A DNA stretch of 64,000 bases from Klebsiella phage N1M2: sequence record MN642089.1; one strand, written 5' to 3'. A program made the translations under genes and the position numbers. Shown in pieces: positions 27,331-37,135 of the stretch. The notes under the pieces are model-generated. The model searched no databases, was not told the DNA's origin, and saw only the letters and a program-made list of their open reading frames with translations. Within the stretch, counting starts at the first letter, position 1; each line of letters begins with the position of its first letter.

Positions 27331-27906
27331 ATGAAAATCATTGAACGTATCAATCAAAGAGAATTGATAAAGTTAGACTCTGCACAAGGCTTTTATAATC
27401 TCTTACCTAATCCCCAAATTAATGCAACGTTAGATTTGCACTTGGATGATTACAACAGGTATCTTGGTGTTGAAGCCACAGACAAGTGGGGAATACATCT
27501 TTATGTTAGGAAACTTTCGGTAGTTTGGTTTTATACCGATAAACGCGGTGTGTATCTGGAATACTGGTCTCCAATTGGCGGTACAGATTTCACGCTTCAC
27601 ATTCAGTGGAAAGAGTTAGGCTTGCGAGTCGAACATATTCCAGAAAGCGTTGTGGAGAACTATCTCCCAATGATTAAGAACAAAATGATGACTACATACT
27701 TCCAGTTTATCATTACCCGTGGAAGTAAATGTAGAAAAGCCATTCTTGAAGCCCTACGATCTATTGAGACAGTTGAACGTATGTGGCATATCAATAATGA
27801 GTTTTCAATCATTCAGGAAGGTGGTCTGTACCATCTATATCGGGGTCGTACTTTACGTCGTGGCTATATTCCTCTCGAAGCTATTACCCCTCATCTTTTA
27901 ACCTAA
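27331..27906 (+). CDS. hypothetical protein
   Basis: ORF. Confidence 0.5.
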   Translation: MKIIERINQRELIKLDSAQGFYNLLPNPQINATLDLHLDDYNRYLGVEATDKWGIHLYVRKLSVVWFYTDKRGVYLEYWSPIGGTDFTLHIQWKELGLRVEHIPESVVENYLPMIKNKMMTTYFQFIITRGSKCRKAILEALRSIETVERMWHINNEFSIIQEGGLYHLYRGRTLRRGYIPLEAITPHLLT

Positions 27907-27914
27907 CGACAAAA

Positions 27915-27950
27915 TACCCCTACCCCTCCGTAAGGAAGGGTAGGGAGTAT
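27915..27950. repeat. member of conserved intergenic hairpin family (CCCTACCCCTCC-gtaa-GGAAGGGTAGGG)
   Basis: between convergent genes; related to 31874, 36245, 43763. Confidence 0.6.
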
Positions 27951-27963
27951 ACAATTAAATTTT

Positions 27964-28602
27964 TTATGGGTTTCTTGCTTTCAACTGATCTTCTAACTGT
28001 TTGATGTAAGCATACAGTTGTTGATTCTCAGTTGTCAGTTCTTCAATGCGAACTACGTCTGAAGGATTGCTAGTGATTGCTTGCTGACGTGTGTTTTCCC
28101 ATGCATCTGCCTGTTCTTTAGAAACATAACCACGAGTGGGCATTGTTCCTATAACAGTTCTCGGATCTTGGATACCAACAGAATTTTTGATGTACTCATT
28201 AAAATGAGCAATTACTGAATTGATACGATCTTTGAAAGCAGGTGGACACGCACCCAAATCAGAGATAATACAAACACGTTCATAGATCACACCATCAACT
28301 AGAGGGAATGATTTAAGATACGTCGATAAAAGATACGTATCAGGTCTTCCACGACTAGTCAGTACAATGACTACAGCTTCAGCTGCGATAGCTTGGTCCA
28401 GATAAGTTTGATACTGGTCTTGAGTAATACCAACCGGTTCAAACACGAGTTTGTAAATATCTTCTTTATCAGCTTGCATCTCAGGAATAGTGCGCACAGC
28501 TTCGACAGTATAGTAAATCTTTGGATCGACTACATTACTGAAAGGATTTTCAGCTTCGAAGGAACCTGCAGCCCAAATTGCTGGAATTAAGTTCTGACTC
28601 AT
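27964..28602 (-). CDS. hypothetical protein
   Basis: ORF. Confidence 0.5.
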   Translation of the reverse strand: MSQNLIPAIWAAGSFEAENPFSNVVDPKIYYTVEAVRTIPEMQADKEDIYKLVFEPVGITQDQYQTYLDQAIAAEAVVIVLTSRGRPDTYLLSTYLKSFPLVDGVIYERVCIISDLGACPPAFKDRINSVIAHFNEYIKNSVGIQDPRTVIGTMPTRGYVSKEQADAWENTRQQAITSNPSDVVRIEELTTENQQLYAYIKQLEDQLKARNP

Positions 28603-29930
28603 TCAGGAATTACCTTATCTTTGACAAATTGATAACGGGAGATCATCGTAAGCTTAACTTTAGATGAACGTCTCGTAATATACAGTTTGCCATCTTTGAT
28701 AACACGCTGAATACCTTTTGGAGGCATACCATCTGGAGTAACAATCTCACCAGCTGCGAGCATCTCTTCTAAGTCGAAGATAAACTTAACAGTGTCTTTA
28801 GACATCATACCTGCCTGAGAGTCAGTAGAAGGAATCAACTGGTAGTCAGGGAAGATGTCGCGGATCTTATCACGACCTGCATGGTTCTTAGGTTTCCCTA
28901 CGAAAGCCATGTGAGCCGACTTGTACAGATGAGGTACAATCTGAGTCGATTCTATGACGCTGTTCTCACCCCAAAGGCTTGCGTACTTCTTAGGTAAGTC
29001 TAAACCACCTTTAACGGTGTAGATTGGGGTAAACGTTGAACCAGCGATGGTTTCATTCTCAAGACCGATTTCATTCCAATAAGGAACAATCGCAAACTCA
29101 AGCGGGTTGAACAAGTCTGGGATAATATCAGCCCAGTCAGTTTCAGGATGCTTGGAGTGAGTGAGAATACACTCTTTGATCTTCTCGTACGTTTCTTCTT
29201 CTGCGTCATTAGGGTTGCCATAGTAAATGACAGTCCAATCTCCGCGGTTATAATGAGGAACGTTGATCAGGTCATAGATGTCAAAGGACATTACAATACG
29301 TGCAGTATACGGATTGGTATTATCACCAACTAGTTTCTGCACACGATCTTCGATCATCGCTGTGGTTTCATCAGCTAAGCGCTGAGCAACTTGTTTATAG
29401 TTCTTATCAGCAAGGAAATCGATATCGTCGATCGGGATAGGGTGAATAACATAGATTTCACGATATGGGAATTCGACACGGAAATATTCGTTAGCGAACC
29501 AGATCTTGAATTCTGATGTTACCTTACCTACAGTTAAAGTGAAGGAAATACTAGACGGCAACCAAATTGCGTTGTTGGTGACCATCACACTAACATCTTT
29601 CCATTCCCACCCTTTAGTGTAGGTTGCTTTAAGTAATTGGAGACAACCCTGAGAAGATTCGGTTGTTTTGTTTTGAGTAGCTTGGTCGTATAACCACTTA
29701 CACATGTTGAGAACTGGTGTTGCAAATTCCTGAGGAACTTTCTCATACATGGAAGTTTCAGAGACACCACGGAACACATGGAGATCTACTGGGTTATCGG
29801 GACCGAAATAAATATCAGGTTCTTTGGAGTAGGTCATCGTACTGTTGGTTAATTCACCAATGGGGGAAGTTGACCCATTGATCACCAAGTCATGAACCAC
29901 AGCAAAGCAACTATACAGAGTTGTTGACAT
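28599..29930 (-). CDS. hypothetical protein (443 aa)
   Basis: ORF. Confidence 0.55.
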   Translation of the reverse strand: MSTTLYSCFAVVHDLVINGSTSPIGELTNSTMTYSKEPDIYFGPDNPVDLHVFRGVSETSMYEKVPQEFATPVLNMCKWLYDQATQNKTTESSQGCLQLLKATYTKGWEWKDVSVMVTNNAIWLPSSISFTLTVGKVTSEFKIWFANEYFRVEFPYREIYVIHPIPIDDIDFLADKNYKQVAQRLADETTAMIEDRVQKLVGDNTNPYTARIVMSFDIYDLINVPHYNRGDWTVIYYGNPNDAEEETYEKIKECILTHSKHPETDWADIIPDLFNPLEFAIVPYWNEIGLENETIAGSTFTPIYTVKGGLDLPKKYASLWGENSVIESTQIVPHLYKSAHMAFVGKPKNHAGRDKIRDIFPDYQLIPSTDSQAGMMSKDTVKFIFDLEEMLAAGEIVTPDGMPPKGIQRVIKDGKLYITRRSSKVKLTMISRYQFVKDKVIPE

Positions 29931-29963
29931 ATTGCAACCTTTTAGCTATAATGAAACATATTT

Positions 29964-30389
29964 TTGAAAAGTGGTGGACACAGCATGAACTTCTTTCTGA
30001 GGGAACTAATCAATAGGATAATTAGTTACTTTATCCGAGTATCCAAAGGTGACTCATATGAAGACAAGATAGAACACTTGTTACGTAAGTCACTCTTATT
30101 CACATTTATGGCTTTGATTTTTGCTCTCACCATGACCTCTAAATATTTGGTAGCCAACTGGTACCTAGAAGATTTAGAGAAGAGTCTAAATAAAGTTGAC
30201 ACCTTCATGGTTGAGCAGCAAGATAACATGAACAGTCTTTTCCGTATTAACGGTGATCAGTTGAAACAGATCGATAAACTCACTCATGAGAATAACGACT
30301 TGGAGACTGATATCCGTACGTTACTCCACAACCAAGCTATCTTGGAAAAGGAGAACAAGGATCTACGGAAAAAGCTGGGTAAGAAATAG
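29964..30389 (+). CDS. hypothetical membrane-anchored coiled-coil protein
   Basis: TM segment then heptad-like C-terminus. Confidence 0.45.
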   Translation: MKSGGHSMNFFLRELINRIISYFIRVSKGDSYEDKIEHLLRKSLLFTFMALIFALTMTSKYLVANWYLEDLEKSLNKVDTFMVEQQDNMNSLFRINGDQLKQIDKLTHENNDLETDIRTLLHNQAILEKENKDLRKKLGKK

Positions 30390-30449
30390 TAAATTAAGAC
30401 AAGGATGTCCATTAGTTGTTACATCACAAATTGGCAGGTATAACTAACA

Positions 30450-31871
30450 ATGAACATTGTCTACTATATCGTAAGTTCTTTTATCAAAGATAAAAATGTC
30501 GGACTATCTGGCGGTCATGGCTATTCTTACGATCCCGGTAATGAGAGCAAGCGTAAGTTACAGAAAGACGTACCAACAGTTTATGGATACTACGTTAATG
30601 GTAACTATCAAAATATCGCAGTGGATCAGATCGATATTTATAATGGTCGTATCCTAAACCAACCAAATGAAGTTGACGCTTATCTCACTCATCTGGAACT
30701 GATCATTAATAAATGGTTAGAAGAGAAGAAAGATGGCAACAAACTTTTGGTAATTAGTAACTGTGTCAAAGCGCACAAGATGCTTGAGAAAAACAAGTGT
30801 CCTGATCAGTACAATGCAGAACTGTTCAAACGTGTTTATGCTTTGATTCAGGAACATAAGAAAGATATCATCCACGATATCGAGTATTATGCAAAAGGTG
30901 GTGAAGGTCCTAAGACAGCTCATAAACAATTGGAACTCGCAATTGCGTTGGCAGATTTACCCAATCCAGATGCTGTCACTCTTGACAAAATGGATGTTAA
31001 AGAGTATAAGAACCCAGAGATCGATTTCAATAAGTTGGTTACCGCAACTCGCTGGTATTTCAATACTGGTGATAAATCAACTTTCCATGATGTCGATGAA
31101 CAAGGGTATCGTCACTATACCTTTGGTCGGGTTGACCCGGATAAGAACTATTATGGTAAGGCAACACCAGATGTGTACTATTCTGCATTGTACACTAAAA
31201 CACCTATTAAGGTTTTGGATAAACTGTTCGCTTTCTGTCAGAAGAACAAGCCAAACCCTTACAACATCATGGCAGCCGGTAACTTGAACCACATCAAATC
31301 AAAAGAGATCGCTCGCGTTATCGATACGATCCCTGGAACATTTGGTAAGAAAGAGTTAGTTGCCCCAATGACGTTAGGTAATAATGAAGGTGCTAATCTG
31401 GTTGAATTCATTGACCCACCTGGATTATCTTACCGCATTCGTGATTTCCATGCCAAGCTGGATGCTATCTTCCGTTTCTGGAGAAAGCGTGATGAGAACG
31501 GGTGTTATCAGAAACATAAGTTTATTGATATCACTGAGTTGTTCTTTGTCAAGGATCCTAAAGGCAAATGGAAAATCCATCCGGACTTCACTAACAACAC
31601 TTTGAAAATGCCGGTGTCTATTGAAGCTCCTGGTTGTATTAAACCAGTTACGATCAATTTGAGTATGAAGTTCGATACTCCTGAACGTAATGCTTTAAAC
31701 AGTTTGATTGTGAATAAAGTAGAAGATATTAAAGTCTTCCTTGCTTTAGATTTCAGTGACGACTCTGGTGTTAGTTATTGCACCATTGTACATACTCCTG
31801 AATTTGATTACATTCATTCTAATAGCATCGCTAACCTTCGGGTTTACAGTTTGAAAGAGCTGGGCAAATAA
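30450..31871 (+). CDS. hypothetical protein (473 aa)
   Basis: ORF. Confidence 0.55.
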   Translation: MNIVYYIVSSFIKDKNVGLSGGHGYSYDPGNESKRKLQKDVPTVYGYYVNGNYQNIAVDQIDIYNGRILNQPNEVDAYLTHLELIINKWLEEKKDGNKLLVISNCVKAHKMLEKNKCPDQYNAELFKRVYALIQEHKKDIIHDIEYYAKGGEGPKTAHKQLELAIALADLPNPDAVTLDKMDVKEYKNPEIDFNKLVTATRWYFNTGDKSTFHDVDEQGYRHYTFGRVDPDKNYYGKATPDVYYSALYTKTPIKVLDKLFAFCQKNKPNPYNIMAAGNLNHIKSKEIARVIDTIPGTFGKKELVAPMTLGNNEGANLVEFIDPPGLSYRIRDFHAKLDAIFRFWRKRDENGCYQKHKFIDITELFFVKDPKGKWKIHPDFTNNTLKMPVSIEAPGCIKPVTINLSMKFDTPERNALNSLIVNKVEDIKVFLALDFSDDSGVSYCTIVHTPEFDYIHSNSIANLRVYSLKELGK

Positions 31872-31873
31872 AG

Positions 31874-31915
31874 CATACTCCCTTACCCTCCGCAAGGAAG
31901 GGTAAGGGTTATATG
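31874..31915. repeat. 42-nt conserved hairpin element CATACTCCCTTACCCTCC-gcaa-GGAAGGGTAAGGGTTATATG (identical copy at 36245-36286)
   Basis: exact repeat seen in sequence; bidirectional terminator position. Confidence 0.7.
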
Positions 31916-31927
31916 TTTGTTTCTTTT

Positions 31928-33016
31928 TTAGTTCATGAATTCATCTGCTAATTGAGCAAGATACTTACCTGCTTCTTCAGAGACTTCTTCTTTCGCTAAT
32001 TTGATTGCGTCTTTCACAATCGCTTTGCTGGTTTTCTTCTCACCTATCTGCAATTGAGAATCAAGAGTAATAACTGCATCACGATATCTTGCAGCGATAG
32101 CTCCCAGTTCTTTATCTACAGCAACAGCACGAGAAAGACTACGACGTTTACCTTCGTCTACAGTATCTTTGTTAGCTTCGTTCAGCTTATCCAAAGCAAC
32201 GGTAGCTGAAGCAAGAATAGATTGCATGTCGCCAGCTGCATCGATTAGATCACGTGTAGCCATAGTCAGATTACTAACTTTGGTGCCAGTGAAGTCAGCT
32301 TCCAGTCTATCCACCTTGGCTGCCTTTTCGATAGCTTCAATGCTGGTGTTCAGAGAGGTCAGTGTTTCACCATTAGGATCGATACGTTTGATCTCTTTAA
32401 TATGACCCGCTACGCCAGCTAATTGACGTTTAACGGTTCCAGAGATACGTTCTATCGTTTCACTCTGAATCTCTTCATGACGGGCTTCTGCTTCGTCAGT
32501 AAGAGCCACTTCCTTGATCTTCTGATTGATAATCATCTTGTCAGAACTAGACAGGCGTCTGATAATACGAATTATCTCGTGGTTACTACCATCGGTAGCT
32601 AAACCATCAATGCCTTTGGTCGCTAGTTGTTTAACTTGTCTGTTAACGACATCCCCTTCAAGAGATTTTTTAGCTTTAGTGAATTGTCTAGCTGTATCAC
32701 CATTAATCCAATCTCTGATGGCACGCAGTAAGTTCTTGATCCACTCATAAACTTTCTGACCACCTTTCTTAACGTTATCAAGGAAACTTTCCTGACCTTC
32801 TACTTCGACCAAGTCAATACCATGAAGTTTAAGTACGGTATCTGCATAGACAGCGTCGCCGCTCAATTCATTATCACCAACACTTTCTTTAGCCAATTCA
32901 GCCAGGCCATTGGTGATGGCGCAAGTGTGTTCAAACTCTGATTCCAGAGATTCAAAACCAGTAATGTGTTTCAGTTCCATTTTCATTTTACCATTGGAAA
33001 GGGGCCGTAGCCCCAT
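31928..33016 (-). CDS. hypothetical coiled-coil protein (start may be at downstream Met MKMELKH)
   Basis: ORF; first AUG lies inside GGGGC-tacg-GCCCC hairpin. Confidence 0.5.
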   Translation of the reverse strand: MGLRPLSNGKMKMELKHITGFESLESEFEHTCAITNGLAELAKESVGDNELSGDAVYADTVLKLHGIDLVEVEGQESFLDNVKKGGQKVYEWIKNLLRAIRDWINGDTARQFTKAKKSLEGDVVNRQVKQLATKGIDGLATDGSNHEIIRIIRRLSSSDKMIINQKIKEVALTDEAEARHEEIQSETIERISGTVKRQLAGVAGHIKEIKRIDPNGETLTSLNTSIEAIEKAAKVDRLEADFTGTKVSNLTMATRDLIDAAGDMQSILASATVALDKLNEANKDTVDEGKRRSLSRAVAVDKELGAIAARYRDAVITLDSQLQIGEKKTSKAIVKDAIKLAKEEVSEEAGKYLAQLADEFMN

Positions 33017-33019
33017 TAA

Positions 33020-35119
33020 TTAAAAGATATCACTCAGAGAATAATTCTTGAATGAGACATGATGATCAAAGTGTTCAGAATCTAAGTTATAACCTTCCAT
33101 CCCGACCATATTCATCAAGTTCATTTTACCAGCAACAGCTTTGGTGTTAGCTCCACCCGCCATCGTTAGCTTACCACCACCAAGGAGAATTTCAACTTGT
33201 TCCTTAGACCATTCCATAATGTCAATAGAACGAGAGGTGATGTTTTCTTCAGATCCAGTATCAAGATCAATAAGGTAAACGAAACATTCGGCATCCTGAC
33301 CTTTACGATAAATACGAGCAATGGTCTGTTTCAACTCATAAGAGCGGAATGGGGAGTTCATCAGAATCAACTGGTTACACATCAATAAAGGGTAACCTTC
33401 ACGGAGTGTGTTGAAAGTAGTAATTAGCGGGTTGACATTTGGATCATTCTCAACCTGTTTAATTACCTTCTCAATATCACCAGAGTTCTCGCCATGTACA
33501 GAAATGGAATCGATACCTTCAGATTCGAAGTAAGTCTCAAGTTCTTTGATAACTTCTATATAGGAAGTATAAATCGCAGTTTTCTTTTGAACAGACTGAA
33601 TCATCTCTGGAAGTTTGGCATGTCGTATAATGTCCCTGACAGCCTCCATACGGGCTCTTGATAAAACACGCCCTAATGCCTCACCACGAATCTTAAGTCC
33701 CACATACTTGACTGCAGACTTAATATGACGGAAGTATTTGAGGTCATCTCCCTTGAGTTCTTTTTCGATATCCTTTTCAACTGAATGAGCAAATTTAGAT
33801 TTGTCAGAATCAGTAAAGTTGTTGTACCCATGTTTCTGGAAGTAGTTCACAATCTCAATGTACTTATCAAGACGGGCTTCTTCTTTAGCATCACCTTCTA
33901 TCCAAGTGCGATACTGTTCAACAAACTTTTCCCAGTCGGAAATATATCGAGGCATGTGTTCATTATAGAACATAACACGATCTTCGATAAAGTCCATCAT
34001 CACTGCTCTGATATTATTCAGAGTGTATTTCTCAGCTCCTGGGAATTTAACAGGTACAACTTCAGGTTCAGGTGGTTCGTCCATCCCCTCGACTTTAGTA
34101 ATCGTAAATTTAATTCTACCCAAACGGTGAGCCAGCATCTGACTCAAGAATTCATTATCACGACCATACATCTTCAAGAAGTCAGTCTGAACATCCTTAT
34201 CAAAGAACTTATCGATAACAGTGAAGAGAGCAAAGGTTTCACGGCCTTGAGCTTTGATAGGTGTACCTGACATGAACAATACGTCTGAAACAAACTTATT
34301 AGAGCAGAGATCAATTAACCCCTGAGTTTGTTGTGACTTATATTCATTATAGTTGTGTGATTCGTCGACGATGACTTTGATGGGCTCTTTACCTTGCTTA
34401 GAGATAACGGAGATTAAACCATCGAATTCTCTACTACGGAGATTTTCTTTATAGATAATAAAGTAATCGGCGTCTGCATGGTTAAGCGGATCGGTCCCAT
34501 CTAAAGAAGTCCAGATCTTTGGAGTTTCTTTAAAATACTTAGTTGTCATCTCATTAACCCAAGGGGTCTGAACTAAGTGTTTTGGAACTACAATAATAGT
34601 TTTATAGGGAGAGATCATCTTGGACCAAACTAGGCTAGTGTATGTTTTACCACTACCTGGTTCAGCATCAAGTAAACAACCCCGTAACTGATACCCATAT
34701 TTTATACGAGAGTATCCTTCGAGAAACTCTTGTTGATCTGGGAAAGGTTTGAGTTTAAAACTTTTGAGTGCTTTATTAACATCGTAAGGCGGATAATCCT
34801 GGAATGTAGTTTCAATCCAGGTCTTGGCTTTGATCTCGTTATAGAGTTGATTGTATTTAAACATCCCAACCCGATAACGGTCTACCTGACGCTTGTTACG
34901 ATTAGTTGTAAAGTGGTCAAGAATCCATGCCAACTCCACCATAAAGAACTGGTGTATTTTGAAACGTCGGTTATTCAGTTTAGTGATCATTCGGCTAGCA
35001 ATTACAGATGTACCGAAGTTAGACTTAAGGTCCAACTCAAATGCATTTATATTAATACCGTTGATAACATAGTAGGAACCGACCTTTTCCACAGATGGCG
35101 AAAAGTTAAAGAATTCCAT
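33020..35119 (-). CDS. superfamily-2 (SNF2/DEAD-like) helicase
   Basis: Walker A DAEPGSGKTYTSL, motif II VIVDESHNY, helicase-C motif VI QTIARIYRKGQ. Confidence 0.7.
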   Translation of the reverse strand: MEFFNFSPSVEKVGSYYVINGININAFELDLKSNFGTSVIASRMITKLNNRRFKIHQFFMVELAWILDHFTTNRNKRQVDRYRVGMFKYNQLYNEIKAKTWIETTFQDYPPYDVNKALKSFKLKPFPDQQEFLEGYSRIKYGYQLRGCLLDAEPGSGKTYTSLVWSKMISPYKTIIVVPKHLVQTPWVNEMTTKYFKETPKIWTSLDGTDPLNHADADYFIIYKENLRSREFDGLISVISKQGKEPIKVIVDESHNYNEYKSQQTQGLIDLCSNKFVSDVLFMSGTPIKAQGRETFALFTVIDKFFDKDVQTDFLKMYGRDNEFLSQMLAHRLGRIKFTITKVEGMDEPPEPEVVPVKFPGAEKYTLNNIRAVMMDFIEDRVMFYNEHMPRYISDWEKFVEQYRTWIEGDAKEEARLDKYIEIVNYFQKHGYNNFTDSDKSKFAHSVEKDIEKELKGDDLKYFRHIKSAVKYVGLKIRGEALGRVLSRARMEAVRDIIRHAKLPEMIQSVQKKTAIYTSYIEVIKELETYFESEGIDSISVHGENSGDIEKVIKQVENDPNVNPLITTFNTLREGYPLLMCNQLILMNSPFRSYELKQTIARIYRKGQDAECFVYLIDLDTGSEENITSRSIDIMEWSKEQVEILLGGGKLTMAGGANTKAVAGKMNLMNMVGMEGYNLDSEHFDHHVSFKNYSLSDIF

Positions 35120-35136
35120 AGTAAGGACCTATTGAA

Positions 35137-36240
35137 ATGAACGAAAAAGAATTTGAATTCGAAAGTGATAACCACTATAACCTGTATGCTTTTGCGGAGC
35201 TGACTCAAAAGAAAGTATTTGAGGATTCAGCTTTTAAAGTTGAAAACCAGGATTACCACGATCGTTACAAAGTATCCTTGGGTGGGTACATTTGGTATGT
35301 CGCTGCTAAGTTCATTGGTAAATTCTGGCTGATGCTGGAACAATGTGAATACCAACAACTTGAAGCAATTATTGCTGAAGAAAAAGATGTTAAGGAAGGT
35401 CCATACATCCCTTATGAGAAGATCACTGGTGATGTTGATATGTCGGGTCCTTTCTATGAACTCGTTGGTGAGGATTTCATCAGCGTTGAAAATCGCATGA
35501 GCGGTTTGGTTAAAGCAGTAGCACAGAACATTCGTGAAACTGCAACAATCATCAATGAAGAAATGGAACTGGTCGCTAAAGACGGTGATATCGTTAAGGA
35601 CTTTGATGGTTATGTTACTTTTGACACCAAGCTGGGCCTCGACTTTAATGTAGGTCTGTGCTTTGACAAGATCAAACCAATTGCTGAAGATAATGCATCG
35701 GCTTGGATTGAACGCACTCCTATCACTCAAGAATATCTGGATACTTATTTCCCTAATGCGGGTAAACGTATTCTGGGTAAACTTGATCAAGTCAACTCTC
35801 TGGTTAAAGCACTGTTTGAATCTAAGACAGTTACTCGTAACCCTGAACTTGTTGAATATGCGGGCTGGTTGGTCACGGGTACGCTTGTGAACGCCTATCT
35901 TAATCAGAACGTAACTTACATCAGTTTCGGCGGTAAGGACAACTGGAGTGTTCTGGGTAAGGAAACTAAGAACAACCTGGCTTGCTTTAAATACCTGGAT
36001 CAGGAAGTCGAATACATTATCAAAATGTTGGATGGTATTGAGAAGACCGATGGTGTTGATATTTACTCTATGGATATTGATACCTTTGCTGTCTTCGGTC
36101 GTAACTTCGATAATAAAGTCGTTACGGAAGCATTGCAAGGTTATGTTCAGCCTCTGTTGGATAAATACTCCAAAGGTTTCGAGCAATGTTTAGCTACCCG
36201 TATGGCAATGATCGATAACCAACACTTCTTTAAAGCATAA
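35137..36240 (+). CDS. hypothetical protein
   Basis: ORF. Confidence 0.5.
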   Translation: MNEKEFEFESDNHYNLYAFAELTQKKVFEDSAFKVENQDYHDRYKVSLGGYIWYVAAKFIGKFWLMLEQCEYQQLEAIIAEEKDVKEGPYIPYEKITGDVDMSGPFYELVGEDFISVENRMSGLVKAVAQNIRETATIINEEMELVAKDGDIVKDFDGYVTFDTKLGLDFNVGLCFDKIKPIAEDNASAWIERTPITQEYLDTYFPNAGKRILGKLDQVNSLVKALFESKTVTRNPELVEYAGWLVTGTLVNAYLNQNVTYISFGGKDNWSVLGKETKNNLACFKYLDQEVEYIIKMLDGIEKTDGVDIYSMDIDTFAVFGRNFDNKVVTEALQGYVQPLLDKYSKGFEQCLATRMAMIDNQHFFKA

Positions 36241-36244
36241 CAAA

Positions 36245-36286
36245 CATACTCCCTTACCCTCCGCAAGGAAGGGTAAGGGTTATATG
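36245..36286. repeat. second identical copy of 42-nt conserved hairpin element
   Basis: identical to 31874-31915. Confidence 0.7.
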
Positions 36287-36288
36287 CT

Positions 36289-37068
36289 TTATGCTAATTT
36301 TTTAGCTTCAGTTATTTGCAGTTGAAGCACGCGAGTCAGTTCACTTAACTGGGCGAGCATTATCCCTGCGAAGTTAGCATTATCTACTAACTCACCAATC
36401 GCCATATTAAGGGATTCGGTTTCTTTAGGATTCAGAATAACTTCCGATTCTTCTATCTTAGCTTTCAGAAGGTTGGTAACGTAAATGACATTATCCATAC
36501 GCTTACTAACAACTTCAACATCACGCGCATTCAAAGTCTGCACGACCGTATTAAAGTTATTAAGGATATCTGTTGCCGAACCAAAGTTAGGATACAGTTC
36601 ATTCAGGCTACGAGTATAAGCCCCGGTATCTTTCATGAAGTTCTGGAAAGTCTCACGAGATTTAGAAATGAGAACCAGATCGTTCACATTGCGAATGCTA
36701 AAAGGAACTTGTCCAGTAGCTGCCGCTTTTTTAATACCGCGGTATACATTATCAGCTTGAGAATCAACCATTTTGATAATAGGAACTGCGTGGAGAACAA
36801 ACTCTACGAAATCCTTAAAGGACCAAACTGATGGGTTAAAGAATACTGGAGATGGGATATGTTTGATAGCAGCAGAAAAGTACACATTCTGATTAGCTAA
36901 ATCTTTCCATACTTCCCCACCTTTAACGGTGTGAATTGACTTATTAAAGTTCTTAGCGTTAAAGGCATCAAACCCAACACTGAGTTCTTTAAAGAAAGAA
37001 GTAAAGCGCTCGCCGACTGAAAGGGCTTCGTTGCCACTTACATCGGTATTTAATAATTCGGTAGACAT
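36289..37068 (-). CDS. hypothetical protein
   Basis: ORF. Confidence 0.5.
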   Translation of the reverse strand: MSTELLNTDVSGNEALSVGERFTSFFKELSVGFDAFNAKNFNKSIHTVKGGEVWKDLANQNVYFSAAIKHIPSPVFFNPSVWSFKDFVEFVLHAVPIIKMVDSQADNVYRGIKKAAATGQVPFSIRNVNDLVLISKSRETFQNFMKDTGAYTRSLNELYPNFGSATDILNNFNTVVQTLNARDVEVVSKRMDNVIYVTNLLKAKIEESEVILNPKETESLNMAIGELVDNANFAGIMLAQLSELTRVLQLQITEAKKLA

Positions 37069-37135
37069 GCTATGGCAAACTCCACTAGTGTGTGTTATTG
37101 AAACGTTTCATAACATTTAAATAAAAGGTATTACA

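Noticed and set aside
35227-36186. 319-aa minus-strand ORF
   Set aside because: It is antisense to 35137..36240 and has no RBS. Plus-strand coding fits the local operon context (terminator repeat at 36245).
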